Source: an uncultured Holophagales bacterium (GTDB lineage: Bacteria > Acidobacteriota > Thermoanaerobaculia > UBA5066). Taken from it: a DNA stretch of 47,873 nucleotides. Made by a program: the position numbers and the translations under genes. The stretch lies in NCBI GenBank assembly GCA_964384675.1, contig CAYLNK010000009.1, forward strand, positions 1 to 47,873, read 5' to 3'. Below, piece by piece: positions 42,712 through 47,873 of this stretch; positions within the stretch are counted from its first letter, which is position 1, and each line of letters begins with the position of its first letter. Under the pieces are notes generated by a model that worked only from the letters and a program-made list of their open reading frames with translations, was not told the origin of the DNA and made no database searches.

Positions 42712-44049
42712 TCACTCCGAGAGCCAGCGCTTCAGCCGGTTGACCACCTGGCCGTCCTCCCGCGCCTTCCGCTCCGCGGCGTCCGCCGCGTAATCGACGA
42801 GGCCCCGGAAGACGGCGTCCGGGGGCCAGAAGACGAACCGGTAGAGCCAGCGCTCCCTGGCCGCCATCGCCGGGACCGCCTCCACGAGCCGGTAGTGGCG
42901 GGTCTCGAAGAGGAGGGCCATCCCCGGCGACCAGCCGGTCTTCTCGCGAGCCGTGGAGAGGACGAGCGCGAAGTCCGACGCCTCGGTGTCGTCTTCCAGC
43001 ACGAGGTCGCCGCTCGACAGCCGCCGGCGCCGCACGCTCCCGCCCCGCGGGCGCCGCAGCTCGGCCGCGAGCTCCCCCGCCGTCGCGAACCGTTTCTCCC
43101 GGTCCTTCTCCAGGCACTTCAGGATCGCCCGCTCGAGCCACGCGGGCAGCTCGGGCCGGATCTCCCGCGGCGCCGGCGGGATCTCGGTGCGGTGCTTCAG
43201 GGCGATCCCGATCGGCGTGTCGCCGTGGAACGGCAGCCGCCCGGTGACCAGCTCGTACAGGACGACGCCGAGAGAGTAGACGTCGCTCCGCCCGTCGACG
43301 CGGTGACTGTCCAGCTGCTCGGGCGACATGTATTCCGGCGTCCCGAGCGTCACGTCCGTGGCCGTGATCGTGGCCATCGTGCGCGTCACGCTCCGCGCGA
43401 TGCCGAAGTCGAGGAGCTTGACGGAGCCGTCGGTGGCGATCCGCACGTTGTGCGGCTTCACGTCCCGGTGGACGATGCCGAGCCCGTGCGCCGCGTCGAG
43501 CGCGTCGGCCACGGCCGCCACGATCTCCACCGCGCGCGGCACCGGCATCGGCGCGGGCGCGTCGCGCACCAGGATCGACTTGAGGTCCTCCCCCTCGACC
43601 AGCTCCACGACGAGGTACGCCTCTCCGTCCTCCTCGCCGGACGCGAGCACCGCGGGCACCGCCGGGTGACGCATCCGCGCCAGGAGGCTGGCCTCGCGGC
43701 GGAAGCGGTCCAGCCCGTCGCGCGCCCCGGAGAGGAACGGGTGGAGCACCTTCAAGGCGACGTCGCGATCCGCGATCAGGTCGCGGGCGCGATAGACCGC
43801 GCCCATCCCGCCCCGTCCCAGGAGCGCCTCGATCCGGAAGCGCCCCCCGAAGGTCTCGCCCGGGCCCCGGTCACGCCCGCGGGTGCGGGCCGCGATCGTC
43901 CGCTGCTGGTCGGGCGAGAGGCTGACGGTCGGGATGCCGGTGGGGGCCGCGTGACCCGCCCCGGCGGGAGCGGCGTGGACGTCCCCGCAGAGGGGACACG
44001 CCTCGCCCTCGAGGGCCTGCTCGTAGCCGCAGAACCGGCAGGTGGACAC
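42712..44049 (-). CDS. Ser/Thr protein kinase with an N-terminal zinc ribbon and a C-terminal domain of unknown function
   Basis: CRFCGY...CPLCGD zinc ribbon. Kinase motifs GRGGMGAVYRA, ALKVL, HRDVKPHNV, DFGIA, GTPEYMSPE. Start taken as the GTG at about 44049; the upstream part of the track ORF is antisense to ndh. Confidence 0.7.
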   Translation of the reverse strand: MSTCRFCGYEQALEGEACPLCGDVHAAPAGAGHAAPTGIPTVSLSPDQQRTIAARTRGRDRGPGETFGGRFRIEALLGRGGMGAVYRARDLIADRDVALKVLHPFLSGARDGLDRFRREASLLARMRHPAVPAVLASGEEDGEAYLVVELVEGEDLKSILVRDAPAPMPVPRAVEIVAAVADALDAAHGLGIVHRDVKPHNVRIATDGSVKLLDFGIARSVTRTMATITATDVTLGTPEYMSPEQLDSHRVDGRSDVYSLGVVLYELVTGRLPFHGDTPIGIALKHRTEIPPAPREIRPELPAWLERAILKCLEKDREKRFATAGELAAELRRPRGGSVRRRRLSSGDLVLEDDTEASDFALVLSTAREKTGWSPGMALLFETRHYRLVEAVPAMAARERWLYRFVFWPPDAVFRGLVDYAADAAERKAREDGQVVNRLKRWLSE

Positions 44050-44079
44050 GGCGCGATCAGTGTATTGCAGACTAGACGG

Positions 44080-45369
44080 ATGGATGACCGAAGGCACCAC
44101 GTGGTCCTGGTCGGAGGCGGGTTCGGCGGTCTCTATGCCGCCCGCGAGCTGGCCGATGCCGGCGCGCGCGTCACCCTGATCGACCGGCGCAACTTCCACC
44201 TGTTCCAGCCGCTCCTCTACCAGGTGGCGACGGGCGCCCTCTCCCCCGCCAACATCGCCGCGCCGCTGCGCGGGATCCTGCGCTCGCAGCGGAACGCCGC
44301 GGTGCTGCTCGCCGAGGCGGTCGACCTCGACGCCGCCGGCCGGCGCCTGATCCTCGCGGACGGCGAGCTGCCCTACGACACGCTGATCGTGGCGACCGGA
44401 GTGACGCATCACTACTTCGGCAACGACGCCTGGGAGCCGCTCGCGCCCGGCCTGAAGTCGATCGAGGACGCCACCGAGATGCGGCGGCGGATCCTCCAGG
44501 CGTTCGAGCGGGCGGAGCGCGAGACCGATCCCGCCGCGCGGCGCGCGTGGCTCACGTTCGCCGTCGTCGGCGGCGGGCCGACCGGCGTCGAGCTGGCGGG
44601 AGCGCTCGGCGAGATCTCGCGCCACACGCTGCGCGAGGACTTCCGCTCGATCGACCCGGCGGACGCCCACGTCCTCCTGGTCGAGGGGCAGGAGCGGATC
44701 CTCCCCTCCTACACCCCGGACCTCTCGGCCAAGGCCGCCCGCTCCCTGGCCGCGCTCGGCGTGGACGTCCGCACCTCGACCCGCCTCCTCGAGGTCACGC
44801 CCGAGGGCGTCGTGCTGGAGCGCGACGAACGCGACGAGGCGGTACCCGCACGCACCGTCCTCTGGGCGGCGGGCGTGAAGGCGTCGCGGATGGGCGCGGT
44901 CCTGGCGGAGAGGGCCGGCGCGCCGCTCGACCGCGCCGGGCGGGTCCGCGTCGCGCACGACCTGACGGTGCCGGGGCACCCGGAGATCTTCGTGCTCGGC
45001 GACCTCGCCTCGCTCGACGGACCGGACGGCAGGCCGCTCCCCGGGGTCGCGCCGGTCGCGATGCAGCAGGGCCGCTTCGTCGCGGACGTCGTGAAGGCGC
45101 GCCTGCGCGGGAAACGGCCGGCCGACGCCTTCGTCTACCGGGACAAGGGGAGCATGGCCACGATCGGGCGCGCGGCGGCCGTGGCCGACCTCGGCTTCGT
45201 CCGTTTCGGCGGCTTCCTCGCCTGGATGGCGTGGCTCTTCATCCACATCATGTACCTGGTGCAGTTCTCGAACCGCGTGCTGGTGCTGATCCAGTGGGCC
45301 TGGAGCTACGTGTCGTGGAGCCGTTCCGCGCGCCTGATCACGGGCGAGAGGGCCTCCGGATCCAGCTGA
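44080..45369 (+). CDS. ndh: Type II NADH dehydrogenase (NDH-2)
   Basis: ATG at 44080. Dinucleotide-binding motifs VVLVGGGFGG and AVVGGGPTGVE. C-terminal membrane-anchor helix. 429 aa. Confidence 0.85.
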   Translation: MDDRRHHVVLVGGGFGGLYAARELADAGARVTLIDRRNFHLFQPLLYQVATGALSPANIAAPLRGILRSQRNAAVLLAEAVDLDAAGRRLILADGELPYDTLIVATGVTHHYFGNDAWEPLAPGLKSIEDATEMRRRILQAFERAERETDPAARRAWLTFAVVGGGPTGVELAGALGEISRHTLREDFRSIDPADAHVLLVEGQERILPSYTPDLSAKAARSLAALGVDVRTSTRLLEVTPEGVVLERDERDEAVPARTVLWAAGVKASRMGAVLAERAGAPLDRAGRVRVAHDLTVPGHPEIFVLGDLASLDGPDGRPLPGVAPVAMQQGRFVADVVKARLRGKRPADAFVYRDKGSMATIGRAAAVADLGFVRFGGFLAWMAWLFIHIMYLVQFSNRVLVLIQWAWSYVSWSRSARLITGERASGSS

Positions 45370-45434
45370 CCCGCACCGGGCCCGACCGCCCGGCCAAGGG
45401 GGGCTCGGGGGGACCGGACGCGGAGGTCCCCCCG

Positions 45435-46154
45435 CTATCCCAGCGCGACGATGACGTCCGGCGACGAGAAGCCGATGGCGAGCGCCGAGTCGTTCCCCGC
45501 CTGGAGGTAGAGCGTCGCCGTCGGGTCCGCGATCGTCAGGAGCTCGCCGCCCCGGACGTCGAGCGGCTCGTCCCCGCCCAGCACCGTCAGCTTCCCGGTG
45601 AAGACGGCGAGCGTCCGCACACCGACCAGGACCCATCGGACACCGGGCGGCGGGCCGAGCCGCAGGAGCGCCGCGTGCGGCGTCCGGTGGACGGCGCGAA
45701 TGCCGGTGATGCCCGGGAAGCCGCGGCCCGCCAGGTCGTCGCGCCCGAAGCGTCGGGCCTCGCCCGGACCCGGCGCGGCGACGTCCGCGAGCAGGACGGC
45801 GCCGGCGAGGCTGCGCAAGGTGAGGCCGGCGGTCGCGATCAGCGAGTCGCCCGGCCCCAGAGGCGGAAGTCCCTCCGGCTCGACGAGGCCCGAGAGAACG
45901 ACGAAGCCGGAACCTCCGGCGGACACGTGCGCGGCCCCCGCGGCGAGGGTCAGGACCGCGCTCTGGGCCGCGCGCGGCCCTCCCGCCGCGACCTCGACGG
46001 ACTCACCGAACCGGTGCCGGACCACGCCCGGCGTCTGGGGCGTCGGGGGTGGCGGCGGAGCCGGGCCGTACCTCTCCGCCGGGATCTCCGAGGTCAGGAC
46101 GGGCGTCCGCTCGGGGAGCGGCGGCGCCTTCTTCCCGAACGGCCAGAAGCCCAC
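45435..46154 (-). CDS. Hypothetical protein (possibly cupin/HutD-like), co-directional with the radical-SAM gene
   Basis: 239-aa ORF with near-uniform G/C third positions. 9-nt gap after the radical-SAM gene. No diagnostic motif. Confidence 0.5.
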   Translation of the reverse strand: MGFWPFGKKAPPLPERTPVLTSEIPAERYGPAPPPPPTPQTPGVVRHRFGESVEVAAGGPRAAQSAVLTLAAGAAHVSAGGSGFVVLSGLVEPEGLPPLGPGDSLIATAGLTLRSLAGAVLLADVAAPGPGEARRFGRDDLAGRGFPGITGIRAVHRTPHAALLRLGPPPGVRWVLVGVRTLAVFTGKLTVLGGDEPLDVRGGELLTIADPTATLYLQAGNDSALAIGFSSPDVIVALG

Positions 46155-46163
46155 CGACGGGCG

Positions 46164-47522
46164 CTACTTCCCCGCGGCGGCAGCCGGCAGAACGGGCAGG
46201 CCGGTGTGGTGCGGCGGCAGGTCGGGAATGGGCATCGGCCGGACCGCCGCGACCGCCGCGATCGACGGGAGGTACTGGCCCGAGAGCGGGTCCCAGATCC
46301 TCTTCCCGTCCGCGGTCTCCACCTCCAGCGGGCGCCGGATGAACGTCTCACGGGCCGCGTTGTGCGCGCACATCGAGACGAACCCCTTGTCCGTCGCCAC
46401 CATGAAGCTGCACGACGCGATCCGCTCCGGGTCGAGCTTCCTCGCGTCCATGAAGTTGTGGATGATCAGCGTCAGCTTCCGCAGCTCCTTGCGGCCGCGC
46501 CAGAGCGCGGCGGCGTGGCGCGAGGCGAACATCGCGAGGTGCCGCGCGAAGAGGAAGAGCAGCATCGGGCGGGCGAGCGCCCAGAGCGCCACCTTCAGCG
46601 CGGTGCCGATCGCGTCGACCCGGGCGAGCTTGAAGTCGCTGGTCTCGCGGATGATCGCCGCGTAGAGCTTCGGGTCGCGGTTCAGGTCGAGGAACCGGTC
46701 CTTGGCGACGAGCGTGAACGCCAGCGAGTTGCAGTCCGGGTGGCCTACCCGGATGTTGTCCCAGGCGAGGTCGGTCTCGCACGCCTCGGCGATCCGCTTC
46801 CTCACGTTCATCAGCGTGATCGTCTCGCTCCGGTCGTGGATCACGCCGCGGCCGGTGTCGGCCTGGATCTGGAACGACGCGAGGCTCACCACGTCCGCGT
46901 TGTCCTTGAAGAACCTCACCAGCGTGGGGATCTCGGCGAAGTTCCCATCGAAGACCGTGGTGTTGAAGATGATGTGGAGACCGAGGCCGCGCACCCGCTC
47001 GATGTACTCGCTCCTCACCGCGTGGAGCGATTCCTCGGTGGGATAGCCTTTCCGCTCCTGGGTCAGGTCGACGTGGATGGCGATGTCGACGAGACCGGCC
47101 TCCTTCAGCTCCAGGGCGAGGTCGCGCGTCAGCTTGATGCCGTTCGTCATGAGGGACGGCTCGAGGCCGAGACGGGCCGTCTCACGCACGATCGCGACCA
47201 GCTCCTCCCGCTTGCGCAGCGTCGGGTCGCCGCCGGTGATCTGGACCGACACACCGTCCCCGAACGTCTCCCGCACGCTCCGCAGGCGCTCGAAAACCAG
47301 CTCCACGGGTATGTCCTTCACCTTCTCCGACGACTCCGAGAGGTAGCAGAGCGTGCAGTCGAGGTTGCAGCGCTGGGTGATCTCGACCGCGACGCAGCCT
47401 ATGGCGTAGCGCCGGCCGATGGCCTGAGTCTCCACGCGCACCTTCTCCGGCAGGCGGTCGTAGGCCTTCTTCAGGCGGACGTGCCGTCCGGGGAGATCGT
47501 CGAAGACGGGGAGAGGCCTCAT
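46164..47522 (-). CDS. Radical SAM enzyme (possibly with a SPASM/auxiliary-cluster C-terminal region)
   Basis: CNLDCTLCY CX3CX2C motif at residues about 52-60, followed by a glycine-rich SAM-binding QITGGDP motif. Additional C-terminal cysteines (CNSLAF, CSFMV...SMCAH). 452 aa. Confidence 0.8.
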   Translation of the reverse strand: MRPLPVFDDLPGRHVRLKKAYDRLPEKVRVETQAIGRRYAIGCVAVEITQRCNLDCTLCYLSESSEKVKDIPVELVFERLRSVRETFGDGVSVQITGGDPTLRKREELVAIVRETARLGLEPSLMTNGIKLTRDLALELKEAGLVDIAIHVDLTQERKGYPTEESLHAVRSEYIERVRGLGLHIIFNTTVFDGNFAEIPTLVRFFKDNADVVSLASFQIQADTGRGVIHDRSETITLMNVRKRIAEACETDLAWDNIRVGHPDCNSLAFTLVAKDRFLDLNRDPKLYAAIIRETSDFKLARVDAIGTALKVALWALARPMLLFLFARHLAMFASRHAAALWRGRKELRKLTLIIHNFMDARKLDPERIASCSFMVATDKGFVSMCAHNAARETFIRRPLEVETADGKRIWDPLSGQYLPSIAAVAAVRPMPIPDLPPHHTGLPVLPAAAAGK

Positions 47523-47570
47523 TCGGGTTCCTCCTCGGGGGCCACCTTTTCCTGGAGCTGCTGGCGGAAG

Positions 47571-47873
47571 ATGATAGGGCAGCTGAGGTACGAGACCGAG
47601 TCCAGATCCGGATCACGACGCCCCGGGCGTGCCCGACGGGCCGCGATCGCCTTGACGACCCTCGCCGTGACCCTGCTCGGAGCCGAGGGCGCCCTCCGGC
47701 TCCTGGACCCCGAGGTGTACCGGTTCGTCCACGAGGCCAGGCAGATCCACCGGTACGACCGGGCCTGGCGGGTCGCGCCCCGGCGGGGCTCGGCCCGCTA
47801 CCGGCTCACGCGACCGGCGCTCTCGTTCGACGTGACCCTGGACGCCGGCGGCCGCCGCGTGCCGCCGGGCGGC
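47571..47873 (+). CDS. Partial CDS (5' end only): membrane-anchored or secreted hypothetical protein
   Basis: Open frame to the window end reading ...RRAAIALTTLAVTLLGAEGALRLLDPEVYRFVHEARQIHRYD..., a signal-anchor-like helix with high GC3. The exact start (ATG 47571 or a downstream GTG/TTG) is uncertain. Confidence 0.3.
   Translation, partial: MIGQLRYETESRSGSRRPGRARRAAIALTTLAVTLLGAEGALRLLDPEVYRFVHEARQIHRYDRAWRVAPRRGSARYRLTRPALSFDVTLDAGGRRVPPGG

Noticed and set aside
44050-45636. Upstream 529 codons of the 974-aa minus-strand ORF 42712..45636
   Set aside because: This part is antisense to the well-supported NDH-2 gene. Only the distal 445 codons (zinc ribbon plus kinase) show protein motifs.
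1-47873. Mobile elements, integrases, toxin-antitoxin or defence-island hallmarks
   Set aside because: No transposase, integrase, restriction enzyme, Cas, RT or abortive-infection motifs were recognised in any frame. GC content looked uniform by eye, with no obvious compositional island.

Overview
High-GC bacterial window (GC looks above 70% by eye; not computed) that is mainly an accessory type IV pilus / pseudopilus gene neighbourhood, followed by unrelated membrane-transport and metabolic genes. Because of the GC content the six-frame track is full of long Arg/Gly/Pro-rich artefact ORFs. Genes were called only where the translated protein shows recognisable family motifs, plausible start/SD geometry, or overlap-coupling with neighbours. 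The ORF track treats GTG and TTG as starts and prints them as M, so several true starts were moved inward.

Minus-strand operon 1 (about 10172 down to 1): FimT/GspH-like, PilV/GspI-like, PilW/GspJ-like and PilX/GspK-like minor pilins; a 1637-aa PilY1-like tip adhesin; a further pseudopilin; and two membrane-anchored proteins. The PilY1-like protein carries an unusual ~405-residue (T-P-T-x)n mucin-like repeat inserted inside its N-terminal VWA domain.

A divergent control region with two palindromes separates operon 1 from a plus-strand pair of retraction ATPases: an unusual HEAT-repeat::PilT fusion and a canonical PilT coupled by an ATGA overlap.

Minus-strand operon 2 (23901 down to 14063): a PknK-like STAND Ser/Thr kinase, two tandem GspG-type major (pseudo)pilin paralogs, a YfhO-family GT-C membrane glycosyltransferase-like protein, prepilin peptidase PilD and an orphan sensor histidine kinase. 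Each pilin gene has a conserved CGGCAC-N5-TTGA motif at the same distance upstream.

The rest of the window carries: a circularly-unusual ATP-grasp protein, a Cu(I) P-type ATPase (CopA), a small OM beta-barrel protein, a tripartite ABC efflux system with two FtsX-type permeases (MacAB/DevBCA/LolCDE-like), a fused MFS/spermidine-synthase/TPR protein, a flotillin (SPFH) protein, another FtsX permease, GAPDH, a thioester-reductase-domain protein, a zinc-ribbon Ser/Thr kinase, NDH-2, a small cupin-like hypothetical, a radical-SAM protein and a partial 3' ORF.

No rRNA, tRNA, CRISPR array or mobile element was recognised. No PilB/PilC/PilMNOPQ core genes or σ54 activator (PilR) are in the window.

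The most interesting hypothesis is an O-glycosylated, mucin-like pilus tip adhesin (PilY1 with TPT repeat plus the co-located YfhO-like GT-C enzyme), served by GspG-type pilins and a HEAT-PilT motor variant.
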